Source of the DNA: Magnetospirillum sp.
Lineage (GTDB): Bacteria; Pseudomonadota; Alphaproteobacteria; Rhodospirillales; Magnetospirillaceae
Length of the DNA stretch: 64,000 nt
Assembly (NCBI GenBank): GCA_024707145.1
Contig: JANQAI010000013.1
Coordinates: 176,588-240,587 of the forward strand
Direction: 5' to 3'
The position numbers and the translations under genes are program-made. Shown here piece by piece: positions 29,905 through 39,157 of this stretch; the stretch's first letter is position 1; each line of letters starts with the position of its first letter. A model generated the notes under the pieces. The model did no database searches. It was not told the origin of the DNA and saw only the letters and a program-made list of their open reading frames with translations.

Positions 29905-30920
29905 CCCTGCCGGTGATCGACCTTGGCCCCATGTTCGGCACCGATGCCAGAGCGCGGGTCCGGCTGGTGGAGCAGGTCCGCCACGCCGCCCAGCGCATCG
30001 GCTTCCTCTACGTCACCAATCACGGCGTGCCGCCCGAGCTGTTCCAGCGGCTGGAGGGCCGGGCACGGGAGTTCTTCGCCCAGCCGGCCGAGGTGAAGCA
30101 GCGCTGGTTCATCGGGAATTCCACCAACCATCGCGGCTATGTGCCGCCGGGCGAGGAAACCTTCACCGACGACGGCACCGGCCGCAAGGACTACAAGGAG
30201 GCGTTCGACACCGCCCTGGACCTGCCGGCCGACGATCCCGACTACCGGGCCGGCAATCGCCTGCTCGGCCCCAATGTCTGGCCCGAGCTTCCCGGCTTCG
30301 CCGAGGACGTGCGGGCCTATTACCAGGCGGTGATGGGGGTGGGACGTACCTTGCTGCACGCCTTCGCCCTGGCGCTGGACCTGCCCGAGGGCCATTTCGA
30401 CCGCTTCGTCACCAAGCCCACTTCGCAATTAAGGCTGATCCATTATCCGGAGAATGACCTGCCGGTGGACGAGCATCATCTGGGCATCGGCTCCCATACG
30501 GATTACGAGTGCTTTACCCTGCTGCATGCCACCGGGCCGGGCCTGCAGGTGGTGGACATCAGCGGCGAGTGGGTGGACGCGCCCCCGCTGCCCGGCGCCT
30601 TCGTGGTCAATATCGGCGACATGCTGGAGGCATGGTCCAACGGCCGCTTCGTCGCCACCAGCCACCGGGTGATCAACACGCGGCGCGAGCGCTATTCCTT
30701 CCCGCTGTTCTTCGCCACGGACTACGACACGGTGGTCGAGCCTTTGCCCCAATGCGTGCCGCCCGGCGAGGCGCCGCGCTTCCCGCCGCTCCAGGCCGGG
30801 CGGCACCTGGAGGCGCAGACCATGCGCACCTTCCGCTATCTGCGCCACCAGGCGGCCGCGGCAGGCAAGGTGATGGCGCCGCCCTCCGTCCAGTTCGGCC
30901 GCGACCGCGCGCAAGGGTGA
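29901..30920 (+). CDS. 2-oxoglutarate/Fe(II)-dependent dioxygenase, isopenicillin N synthase family
   Basis: LPVIDL, GFLYVTNHGV, RGY, HxD (HTDYE), distal His (SHRV), RxS (RYSFP). Confidence 0.92.
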   Translation: MTLPVIDLGPMFGTDARARVRLVEQVRHAAQRIGFLYVTNHGVPPELFQRLEGRAREFFAQPAEVKQRWFIGNSTNHRGYVPPGEETFTDDGTGRKDYKEAFDTALDLPADDPDYRAGNRLLGPNVWPELPGFAEDVRAYYQAVMGVGRTLLHAFALALDLPEGHFDRFVTKPTSQLRLIHYPENDLPVDEHHLGIGSHTDYECFTLLHATGPGLQVVDISGEWVDAPPLPGAFVVNIGDMLEAWSNGRFVATSHRVINTRRERYSFPLFFATDYDTVVEPLPQCVPPGEAPRFPPLQAGRHLEAQTMRTFRYLRHQAAAAGKVMAPPSVQFGRDRAQG

Positions 30921-30925
30921 GCGAT

Positions 30926-30965
30926 TGCCCAAATGGCGGGCATCCGGCTGCTTCCTGGCTGGGCA
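30926..30965 (+). promoter_or_regulatory. Two tandem NtrC-like enhancer sites
   Basis: TGCCC-N7-GGGCA (30926-30942) and TGCTT-N7-GGGCA (30949-30965) resemble TGCAC-N7-GTGCA; 50-90 bp upstream of a sigma54 promoter. Confidence 0.55.
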
Positions 30966-31015
30966 GTACGCGCAGGCGGGACGGGACGGGGCCAGGAAAT
31001 CGGCGGTCGAAGGGA

Positions 31016-31031
31016 TGGCATGCCGCTTGCT
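31016..31031 (+). promoter_or_regulatory. Sigma54 (-24/-12) promoter
   Basis: TGGCATGCCGCTTGCT matches TGGCACG-N4-TTGCW with one mismatch; predicted start ~31042 coincides with the riboswitch 5' end. Confidence 0.85.
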
Positions 31032-31042
31032 GGTATGCAGAC

Positions 31043-31143
31043 GCCACTAGGGTTCCGGCGCCGTCTAGGCGCGGCTGGTCCGAGAGTGGCAATCCGGTCA
31101 ACGCAGGACGGCCGGACACACGGCGGGATAAAAGCCCGGGAGG
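31043..31143 (+). ncRNA. Guanidine-I (ykkC-yxkD) riboswitch
   Basis: Conserved blocks CTAGGGTTCCG, CTGGTCCGAGAG, ACACGGCGGGATAAAAGCCCGGGAG; P1 GCCAC/GTGGC, P2 TCCGGTC/GGCCGGA; upstream of carboxylase-associated ABC genes. Confidence 0.93.
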
Positions 31144-31254
31144 CAGTGCACCGAGGGGGGATCTAGGTCCCGTCTGATGGTCTCGCCTGTCCGGCCGGTC
31201 CCGCGACTCCCCTCCTCGGCATATCGATCGAACGGTGTGCAAGGAGGTTGAGAG

Positions 31255-32345
31255 ATGAAGCTCCCCGTTACCAAGATGCCCATGGGCAAGATGATCGCCA
31301 CGGCGCTCTGTGCGCTGGCCGTGACGGTGTCCGCCGTCGGCCCTGCCGCGGCCGAGCCGAAGAAGGACTTCAAGATCGCCTGGACCATCTATGCCGGCTG
31401 GATGCCGTGGCCCTATGCCCAGCAGGCCGGCATCGTCAAGAAATGGGCCGACAAGTACGGCATCTCCATCGAACTGGTGCAAATCAACGACTACGTGGAA
31501 TCCATCAACCAGTACACCGCCGGCAAGTTCGACGGCGTCACCGTCACCAACATGGACACCCTGACCATTCCGGCCGCCGGCGGCGTGGACACCACCGCGC
31601 TGATCGTCGGCGACTATTCCAACGGCAATGACGGCATCGTGCTGAAGAAGGGCAAGGCTCTGGCCGACCTCAAGGGCCAGAAGGTCAATCTGGTCGAGCT
31701 GTCGGTTTCCCACTACCTGCTGGCCCGCGCGCTGGACGCGGCCAAGCTGAAGGAAAAGGACGTCAAGACGGTCAACACCTCGGACGCCGACATCGTCGCC
31801 GCCTTCGCCTCGGCCGACGTCACCGCCGTGGCCGCCTGGAATCCGCAGCTGTCCGAGATCAAGGCGGCCAAGGGCGCCACCGAGGTGTTCAACTCCGCCA
31901 AGATCCCCGGCGAGATCCTCGACCTCACGGTGGTCAACACCCAGACGCTCAAGGACAATCCGGCGCTGGGCAAGGCGCTGTCCGGCGCCTGGTTCGAGAC
32001 CCTGGCGCTGATGAGCCGGAACGACGAGGCGGGCAAGGCGGCGCGCACCGAAATGGCCAAGGCCTCGGGCACCGACCTGGCGGGCTACGATGCCCACTCA
32101 AGACCACCTACCTGTACACCGACCCCAAGGCGGCGGTGGCCTTCACCAAAGGCCCCGATCTGGTCAAGACCATGGACCTGGTGCGCACCTTCTCGTTCGA
32201 CCACGGCCTGCTGGGCGAGGGCGCCAAGAGTAAGGACGCGGTGGGCATCGCCTTCCCCGGCGGCAAGGTGCTGGGCGATGGCAAGAATGTAAAGATGCGC
32301 TTCGACGCCGATTACATGCAGATGGCGGCCGAAGGGAAGCTGTAA
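31255..32345 (+). CDS. Urea-carboxylase-region ABC substrate-binding protein (probable guanidine uptake); apparent -1 frameshift near 32096
   Basis: Signal peptide, WTIYAGWMPW, NDYVESINQYTAG, TNMD, DYSNGNDG, LVELSVSHYLL, NTSDAD, IPGEILD; C-terminus (FSFDHGLLGEGA...AEGKL) in ORF 32136..32345. Confidence 0.88.
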
Positions 32346-32350
32346 ACCTG

Positions 32351-32416
32351 TCCCGTCATGCCCGGGCTTGGCCCGGGCATCCATGGATCGCCGGGCCAAG
32401 CCCGGCGATGACGGGA
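32351..32416. repeat. CGTC-tagged palindromic repeat (REP-like) dimer
   Basis: CGTC-ATGCCCGGGCTTGGCCCGGGCATCCA followed by inverted TGGATCGCCGGGCCAAGCCCGGCGAT-GACG; related copies at 37806 and 43856. Confidence 0.85.
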
Positions 32417-32441
32417 ATGCGAAGCGACCAAGGGAAAACGC

Positions 32442-33266
32442 ATGGGCCGCATCATCAACCGCCGACCGGACCGCATGGGCAGGTTCCTGCTGGGAGCCCT
32501 GCCGTTCGTGATCGTGCTGGCTCTCTACCTGCTGGGATCGGCGGCCCGTCTGGCCGACAATCCCAACGACAAGCTGCTGCCCAGCCTGGCGTCGCTGGCC
32601 GACGGCGTGGTGCGGGTGGCGGTGGATGCCGACCGCCGCACCGGCGTCGTGCTGCTGTGGACCGACACCGCCTCCAGCCTCGGCCGGCTGGGGCAGGGGC
32701 TGCTGATCTCCACCGCCCTGGGCTTGGCCTGGGGCATCGGCAACGGCCTGATCCCGCTGGTGCGGGCCGGCCTGTCGCCGCTGGTGGCGGTGGTTTCCAT
32801 GGTGCCGCCCATGGCGGTGCTGCCCATCCTGTTCATCGTCTTCGGCCTGGGCGAGTTGTCCAAGGTGGTGCTGATCGTTATCGGCGTCGCCCCCTGCCTG
32901 ATCCGCGCCCTGGAGCAGCGGGTGGGCGAGATGCCGGCCGAACAGCTGATCAAGGCGCAGACCCTGGGGGCCTCCACCTGGCAGATCGTCACCCGCGTGG
33001 TGGTGCCGCAGATGCTGCCGCGCCTCATCGACTCGGTGCGGCTGCAACTGGGGCCGGCCTGGCTGTTCCTCATCTCGGCCGAGGCCATCGCCGCCGAGGA
33101 CGGCCTGGGCTACCGCATCTTCCTGGTGCGCCGCTACCTGGCCATGGACGTCATCCTGCCCTATGTGGCGTGGATCACGCTCCTGGCCTTCGCCTTCGAC
33201 TTCGCCCTGAAGCAGCTCAACCGCCAGGCCTTCCCGTGGCTGTCGGCGGGGAAGGGGGAGGCATGA
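32442..33266 (+). CDS. ABC transporter permease (SsuC/TauC-like)
   Basis: NPNDKLLP, VPPMAVLPILFIVFGLGELSK, KAQTLGASTWQ, FLISAEAIAAEDGLGYRIFLVRRYLAMD. Confidence 0.9.
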   Translation: MGRIINRRPDRMGRFLLGALPFVIVLALYLLGSAARLADNPNDKLLPSLASLADGVVRVAVDADRRTGVVLLWTDTASSLGRLGQGLLISTALGLAWGIGNGLIPLVRAGLSPLVAVVSMVPPMAVLPILFIVFGLGELSKVVLIVIGVAPCLIRALEQRVGEMPAEQLIKAQTLGASTWQIVTRVVVPQMLPRLIDSVRLQLGPAWLFLISAEAIAAEDGLGYRIFLVRRYLAMDVILPYVAWITLLAFAFDFALKQLNRQAFPWLSAGKGEA

Positions 33267-34045
33267 GCCACGTCAGCGTCCGCCATCTGTGGAAGGAATA
33301 CCCGAACCAGGTGGTGCTGGAGCGGGTCAACCTGGAAATCCCCTCGGGCGAGTTCTGCGCCCTGGTGGGGCCCTCGGGCTGCGGCAAGACCACCTTCCTG
33401 CGCATGCTGCTGTCCGAGGACACGCCGACGCGCGGCGAGATCCTCATCGACGGCCAGCCCATCGCCGCCGAGCCCGGTCCCGACCGCGGCGTGGTGTTCC
33501 AGCGCTACTCGGTGTTTCCGCACCTGACCGTGCTGGAGAACGTCATCCTCGGCCGCGACTTCGCCGGTTCGAAATTCCTCGGCCGGCTGTTCGGCGCCGC
33601 CCGGCGCCGGGCGGTGGAGGAGGGCGAGAGGCTGATTGAGGCGGTGGGCCTGTCCCATGCCCGCGACAAGTATCCGGCCGAGCTGTCGGGCGGCATGCAG
33701 CAGCGCCTCGCCATCGCCCAGGCGCTGATCGTCAAGCCCAAGATCCTGCTGCTGGACGAGCCCTTCGGGGCGCTGGACCCCGGCACCAAGGCGCAGATGT
33801 ACGAACTGCTGACCACCCTGTGGAAGCAGGAGCGCATGACCGTGTTCATGGTCACCCACGACCTGAAGGAGGGCTTCACCCTGGGCACCCGCGTGCTGGC
33901 CTTTGACAAAGTGCGCCACGATCCCCAGGAGCCGGGAGCCTTCGGCGCCACCATCACCCTGAACCTGCCGCTGGACGACAAGGCGGTGCGGGCCGAGGTG
34001 GTGGCCCCGCTGCCGGCCTTGCCGGTGACGGCCGACGAGGATTAG
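33263..34045 (+). CDS. ABC transporter ATP-binding protein
   Basis: Walker A GPSGCGKT, LSGGMQQR, ILLLDEPFGALD, VTHD. Confidence 0.93.
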   Translation: MSHVSVRHLWKEYPNQVVLERVNLEIPSGEFCALVGPSGCGKTTFLRMLLSEDTPTRGEILIDGQPIAAEPGPDRGVVFQRYSVFPHLTVLENVILGRDFAGSKFLGRLFGAARRRAVEEGERLIEAVGLSHARDKYPAELSGGMQQRLAIAQALIVKPKILLLDEPFGALDPGTKAQMYELLTTLWKQERMTVFMVTHDLKEGFTLGTRVLAFDKVRHDPQEPGAFGATITLNLPLDDKAVRAEVVAPLPALPVTADED

Positions 34046-34062
34046 GACCTGTTTCCAAGCCG

Positions 34063-34110
34063 CCGGGGACGACCCCGGGCCGGCCTTTCGCTTCCGCCGG
34101 GACGACCCGG
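34063..34110 (+). ncRNA. Guanidine-II (mini-ykkC) riboswitch, intra-operonic
   Basis: CCGGGG-ACGA-CCCCGG (34063-34078) and CCGGG-ACGA-CCCGG (34097-34110); GGAG RBS at 34117-34120, cgdA ATG at 34128. Confidence 0.9.
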
Positions 34111-34127
34111 ATCGACGGAGACGTGCC

Positions 34128-34844
34128 ATGACCGAATTGCTGTACGAGGACACCTTGCCCGGGGGCAAGCACTGGTCCTTCACCGTCAAGCGCGGCACCC
34201 TGCTGCGGCTGATCGACGTGGAAGGCGGCGCCAATGCGGGCATGCTGTTCCACAACCCGGCCAATCTGCTGGAGCGCTACAACGCGCCCGACACCCTGAA
34301 GTGCCAGCACACCTTCAAGCTGACCAGGGGCAATTGCCTGTATTCGGACATGGGGCGCATCTTCTGCTCCATCGTCGAGGACAGCGTCGGTTGGCACGAC
34401 ACCGTCTGCGGCAACACCACCAAGGCCAAGGTGGCGGCCCGCTGGGGGGTGAAGACCTACCAGGCATGCCGCAACGACTGGTTCCTCAACGGCCATGACA
34501 GCTTCCTGGTGGAGGGCGGCAAGTACGGCTTGGGCCGCCGCGACCTGGCCGCCAACGTCAACTGGTTCTCCAAGGTCCAGGTGATGGGGGACGGCGCCAT
34601 GGTGTTCGACCCGGCCAACGCGCCGGCCGGCTCTCATGTCGATTTACGCTTCGAGATGGACACGCTGGTGCTGATGCACACCTGCCCGCATCCGCTCAAC
34701 CCGGCCGCCGATTATCCCAGGAAGCCGGTGACCTATCAGTTCCGCCGCGCCGAGCCGGTGGGGGACGACGATTTCTGCCTGAACTTCCGGCCCGAGAACC
34801 GCCGGGGCTTCGAGAACAACCGCCTCTATCACCTGATCGGCTAG
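34128..34844 (+). CDS. cgdA: Carboxyguanidine deiminase subunit A (urea carboxylase-associated protein, DUF1989)
   Basis: PGGKHWS, ERYNAPDTLKCQHT, LYSDMGRI, WHDTVCG, HTCPHPL. Confidence 0.88.
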   Translation: MTELLYEDTLPGGKHWSFTVKRGTLLRLIDVEGGANAGMLFHNPANLLERYNAPDTLKCQHTFKLTRGNCLYSDMGRIFCSIVEDSVGWHDTVCGNTTKAKVAARWGVKTYQACRNDWFLNGHDSFLVEGGKYGLGRRDLAANVNWFSKVQVMGDGAMVFDPANAPAGSHVDLRFEMDTLVLMHTCPHPLNPAADYPRKPVTYQFRRAEPVGDDDFCLNFRPENRRGFENNRLYHLIG

Positions 34845-34856
34845 GAGGACGCTGCC

Positions 34857-35507
34857 ATGCTCAAGCAAAGCACCCTGGCCGCCGAGGCGGCCGTCTATCG
34901 CTTTACCGTTCCGGCCGGCGACTACTGGCTGCACGAGGTCAGGAAGGGCCAGACCTTCCGCATCGTCGACGTGGAGGGCAACCAGGCTGCCGACACCCTG
35001 TTCTACAACGCCGACGACCCGCACGAGCGCTACTCGGCCGTCGACACCATCCGTGAGCAGAAGAACGTCTACCTGGGCGTGGGAAGCCGGCTGTTCAGCC
35101 AGGATGGCAACGTCATGCTGACCATCACCGCCGACACCGTGGGCCGGCACGACACCCTGGGCGGCGCCTGCGCCACCGAGTCCAACACCGTGCGCTATGC
35201 CCTGGAGAAGAAGACCATGCACGCCTGCCGGGATTCCTATGTCCTGGCCCTGGCCGAGCACGACCGCTATGGCCTGACCAAGCGCGACATCGGCCACAAC
35301 ATCAACTTCTTCATGAACGTACCCATCACCCCCGAGGGCGGGCTGACCTTCGCCGATGGCGTGTCGGGGCCGGGCCAGTACGTTGAGATGGTGGCCGAGA
35401 TGAACGTGCTGGTGCTCATCTCCAACTGCCCGCAGCTCAACAATCCGTGCAACGCCTACAACCCCACCCCCATCGAGGTTCTGGTCTGGGATGGGGAGGC
35501 CGCCTGA
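34857..35507 (+). CDS. cgdB: Carboxyguanidine deiminase subunit B (DUF1989)
   Basis: [47 protein letters not shown]. Confidence 0.9.
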   Translation: MLKQSTLAAEAAVYRFTVPAGDYWLHEVRKGQTFRIVDVEGNQAADTLFYNADDPHERYSAVDTIREQKNVYLGVGSRLFSQDGNVMLTITADTVGRHDTLGGACATESNTVRYALEKKTMHACRDSYVLALAEHDRYGLTKRDIGHNINFFMNVPITPEGGLTFADGVSGPGQYVEMVAEMNVLVLISNCPQLNNPCNAYNPTPIEVLVWDGEAA

Positions 35508-38500
35508 TGTTCACCAAGGTTCTGATCGCCAATCGCGGCGCCATCGCCTGCCGCATCATCCGCACGCTCCGGCGGATGGGAATCAAGAGCGTGGCGGTCT
35601 ATTCCGAGGCCGACCGCCATTCCCTGCATGTGGCCGAGGCCGACGAGGCGGTGTGCATCGGCCCGGCGGCGCCTGCGCAAAGCTATCTGCGCGCCGACGC
35701 CCTGCTGGAGGTGGCGCGCACTGTCGGGGCCCAGGCCATCCATCCCGGCTACGGCTTCCTGTCGGAGAACCCGGCCTTCGCCGAGGATTGCGCCGAATCG
35801 GGCGTTGTCTTCATCGGCCCGACTCCGGCGCAGATGCGCGCCTTCGGCCTCAAGCACACCGCCCGCGAACTGGCGGAACGGGCGGGCGTGCCGCTGGCGC
35901 CGGGCTCGGGCCTGCTGGCGGATGCCGCCCACGCCAAGGCCGAGGCCGCGCGCATCGGCTATCCGGTGATGCTGAAGAGCACGGCGGGCGGCGGCGGCAT
36001 CGGCCTGCAACTGTGCCGCTCCGAGGCCGAGTTGGAACCGCTGTTCGAGCGGGTGCAGCGCCTGGCCCGCAACAATTTCCGCGACGCCGGCCTGTTCCTG
36101 GAAAAGTACGTGGAGCGCGGCCGCCACATCGAGGTGCAGATCTTCGGCGACGGCAAGGGCGGCGTGGTGGCGCTGGGCGAGCGCGACTGCTCGGCCCAGC
36201 GGCGGAACCAGAAGGTGGTGGAGGAGACCCCGGCCCCCGGCATCCCGGCCGGGCTGCGTCACCAATTATGCGCCACCGCGGTCAAGCTGGGGCAGGCGGT
36301 GGACTACGCCAATGCCGGCACGGTGGAGTTCCTCTACGACACCGACAGTGGCGAATTCTATTTCCTTGAGGTCAACACCCGCCTGCAGGTGGAGCACGGC
36401 GTCACCGAGCAGGTCACCGGCATCGATCTGGTTGAATGGATGGTGCGCCAGGCGGCGGGTGAGGCCCTGCCGCTGGCCGACCATGCCGAGCGGGCGCGCG
36501 GCGCCTCCATCCAGGTGCGGCTCTATGCCGAGGACCCGGGACGCGACTTCCGTCCGTCCTCGGGCCTGCTGACCCATGTGGAATGGAGCCAGGGGGCGCG
36601 GGTCGAGACCTGGGTGGAAAGCGGCTCCGAGGTCTCGCCCTTCTACGACCCCATGATCGCCAAGATCATCGTCACCGGCGCAGACCGCGCCGAGGCTCTG
36701 GCGAAAATGCGTGAGGTGCTGGCCCAGACCCGTGTGGCCGGCATCGAGACCAACCTGGCCTATCTGCGCGCCCTGGTCGGCAGCCCGGTCTTCGTCGCCG
36801 GTCAGGTGACCACGCGCACGCTGGAAAGCTTCGCCTATGCCCCCCGCAGCGTCGAGGTGCTGGTGGCCGGCACCCAGACCACCATTCAGGACTATCCCGG
36901 CCGCGTGGGGTACTGGGACGTGGGCGTGCCGCCCTCGGGTCCCATGGACCACCTGTCCTTCCGCCTCGCCAACCGCGCCGTGGGCAATCCGGCCGACACC
37001 GCCGCGCTGGAGATCACCGTTTCCGGCCCGACGCTGAAGTTCAACGTGGGCGGCGTGGTGTGCCTGGCCGGCGCGGCCATGGCCGCCACCTTGGACGGAA
37101 AGCCGATGGAATTCGGCCGGCCGCAGGAGGTTCAGGCCGGGCAGGTGCTGGCGGTGGGCCCGGTCACCGGCGCCGGCTGCCGCGCCTATCTGGCGGTGCG
37201 CGGCGGCTTCGATGTGCCCGATTACCTGGGCTCCAAGTCCACCTTCACCCTGGGCAAATTCGGCGGCCATGCCGGCCGCGCCCTCATGGTAGGCGACGTG
37301 CTCCATCTGGGCCGGCCGGTCGAGGGCGTGGCGCCGCGGGCCATCCCCGCCGCCATCGCCCCGGCCATCGATCACCGGTGGGAGATCGGCGTGCTGTACG
37401 GTCCCCACGGCGCCCCCGACTTCTTCACCGAGGAGGACATCGACGCCTTCTTCGCCGCCGAGTGGGAGGTGCACTACAACTCCAACCGGACCGGCGTGCG
37501 CCTGATCGGTCCCAAGCCCAAATGGGCGCGGACCGACGGCGGCGAGGCCGGCCTGCATCCCAGCAACATCCACGACAACGCCTATGCCATCGGCGCGGTA
37601 GACTTCACCGGCGACATGCCGGTGATCCTGGGCCCCGACGGTCCCAGCCTGGGCGGCTTCGTCTGCCCGGCGACCATCGTCCAGGCCGAATTGTGGAAGA
37701 TGGGCCAACTGCGCCCCGGCGACAAAGTCCGCTTCCGGCGCCTGGACCTTGCCCAGGCGGAAGCGCTGGAAGCCGCGCAAGAGGAGGCGCTGGCTTTCGG
37801 CGAAATGGATTGCCGGGTCAAGCCCGGCAATGACGACCTTGAAAGGACCGTCATGCCCGGGCTTGACCCGGGCATCCACGACAGCCCCATCGTCGGCGAG
37901 ATCGCCGCCCAAGGCGAGCGTCCGCGCGTGGTCTATCGCCGGGCCGGCGACAAGTATCTGCTGGTGGAATACGGCCCGCTGGTGCTGGACCTGGAACTGC
38001 GTTTCCGCGTCCATGCCCTGATGGCCAGGCTGCGCGAGATGGCGCCCGTCGGCGTCATCGACCTGACGCCGGGCATCCGCTCGCTGCAACTGCATTACGA
38101 CAGCCGGGTGCTGCCGCTGTATGCCTTGCTGGAGCTGTTGCGCCAGGCCGAGGTGTCGCTGCCCAACAACGACGATATCGCCGTGCCCACCCGCATCGTG
38201 CACCTGCCGCTGTCGTGGGACGACGAGGCCACCCGGGTGGCCATCGCCAAGTACATGCAGTCGGTGCGCGCCGACGCCCCCTGGTGCCCCAGCAACATCG
38301 AATTCATCCGCCGCATCAACGGGCTGGACGGCATCGACGAGGTCAAGCGCATCGTCTTCGACGCCAGCTATCTGGTGCTGGGGCTGGGCGACGTCTATCT
38401 GGGCGCTCCGGTGGCGACACCGGTGGACCCGCGCCACCGGCTGGTGACCACCAAGTACAACCCGGCCCGCACCTGGACGCCGGAGAACGCCGTGGGCATC

Positions 38501-39157
38501 GGCGGCGCCTATCTGTGCGTCTACGGCATGGAGGGGCCGGGCGGCTACCAGTTCGTCGGCCGCACCTGCCAGATGTGGAACACCCACAAGGCGACGGCCG
38601 AGTTCGAACCGGGCAAGCCCTGGCTGCTGCGCTTCTTCGACCAGATCCGTTTCGTCGAGGTGTCGGCCGAGGAGCTGCTGGAGTTCCGCGAGAACTTCCC
38701 GCGCGGCAAAGCCCGCCTCAAGATCGAGGAAAGCACCTTCCGGCTGGCGGAGTACCGCCGCTTCCTGGCCGAAAATGCCGACAGTATTCAGGCCTTCAAG
38801 GCCCGCCAGCAGCAGGCCTTCGATGAAGAGCGCGCCCGCTGGGAGGCTTCGGGCCAGATCGGCTACGGCGCCGAACTGCCCGACGCCATGGAAGAAGCCG
38901 ACGACCACGCCCTGCCGCCCGGCGGCACTCCGGTGGACAGCCCGGTGCCCGGCAGCGTGTGGAAGATCGCCGTCGAGGCCGGGCGGGCGGTGAAGGCCGG
39001 CGACACCCTGGTGGTGGTGGAAAGCATGAAGATGGAAATCCCGGTGACGGCGCCGTGCGACGGCGTGGTGGCCGAGCTGCGCTGCGCCGAAGGGCGCACC
39101 GTGGCGCTGGGACAAATGCTGGCGGTGATCGTCGCCGGCGGAAAGGAGGCGGCATGA
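35507..39157 (+). CDS. uca: Urea carboxylase family enzyme, predicted guanidine carboxylase (BC-CT-BCCP)
   Basis: [70 protein letters not shown], biotin motif ESMKMEI. Confidence 0.95.
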   Translation: MFTKVLIANRGAIACRIIRTLRRMGIKSVAVYSEADRHSLHVAEADEAVCIGPAAPAQSYLRADALLEVARTVGAQAIHPGYGFLSENPAFAEDCAESGVVFIGPTPAQMRAFGLKHTARELAERAGVPLAPGSGLLADAAHAKAEAARIGYPVMLKSTAGGGGIGLQLCRSEAELEPLFERVQRLARNNFRDAGLFLEKYVERGRHIEVQIFGDGKGGVVALGERDCSAQRRNQKVVEETPAPGIPAGLRHQLCATAVKLGQAVDYANAGTVEFLYDTDSGEFYFLEVNTRLQVEHGVTEQVTGIDLVEWMVRQAAGEALPLADHAERARGASIQVRLYAEDPGRDFRPSSGLLTHVEWSQGARVETWVESGSEVSPFYDPMIAKIIVTGADRAEALAKMREVLAQTRVAGIETNLAYLRALVGSPVFVAGQVTTRTLESFAYAPRSVEVLVAGTQTTIQDYPGRVGYWDVGVPPSGPMDHLSFRLANRAVGNPADTAALEITVSGPTLKFNVGGVVCLAGAAMAATLDGKPMEFGRPQEVQAGQVLAVGPVTGAGCRAYLAVRGGFDVPDYLGSKSTFTLGKFGGHAGRALMVGDVLHLGRPVEGVAPRAIPAAIAPAIDHRWEIGVLYGPHGAPDFFTEEDIDAFFAAEWEVHYNSNRTGVRLIGPKPKWARTDGGEAGLHPSNIHDNAYAIGAVDFTGDMPVILGPDGPSLGGFVCPATIVQAELWKMGQLRPGDKVRFRRLDLAQAEALEAAQEEALAFGEMDCRVKPGNDDLERTVMPGLDPGIHDSPIVGEIAAQGERPRVVYRRAGDKYLLVEYGPLVLDLELRFRVHALMARLREMAPVGVIDLTPGIRSLQLHYDSRVLPLYALLELLRQAEVSLPNNDDIAVPTRIVHLPLSWDDEATRVAIAKYMQSVRADAPWCPSNIEFIRRINGLDGIDEVKRIVFDASYLVLGLGDVYLGAPVATPVDPRHRLVTTKYNPARTWTPENAVGIGGAYLCVYGMEGPGGYQFVGRTCQMWNTHKATAEFEPGKPWLLRFFDQIRFVEVSAEELLEFRENFPRGKARLKIEESTFRLAEYRRFLAENADSIQAFKARQQQAFDEERARWEASGQIGYGAELPDAMEEADDHALPPGGTPVDSPVPGSVWKIAVEAGRAVKAGDTLVVVESMKMEIPVTAPCDGVVAELRCAEGRTVALGQMLAVIVAGGKEAA
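37806..37878. repeat. CGTC-tagged palindromic repeat dimer lying in frame inside the carboxylase gene
   Basis: TGGATTGCCGGGTCAAGCCCGGCAAT-GACG, 13-nt spacer, CGTC-ATGCCCGGGCTTGACCCGGGCATCCA; translates as [25 protein letters not shown]. Confidence 0.88.

Noticed and set aside
28461-30920. 819-aa ORF suggesting a fusion of an unknown domain to the dioxygenase
   Set aside because: Artefact of an open shadow frame plus the indel near 29540; ATGA overlaps define three separate genes
28329-34110. Four copies of CCGGGACGACCCGG-like sequence as a CRISPR array or REP family
   Set aside because: They occur as two hairpin pairs in 5' UTRs with ACGA loops, matching guanidine-II riboswitches; no spacer array or cas genes
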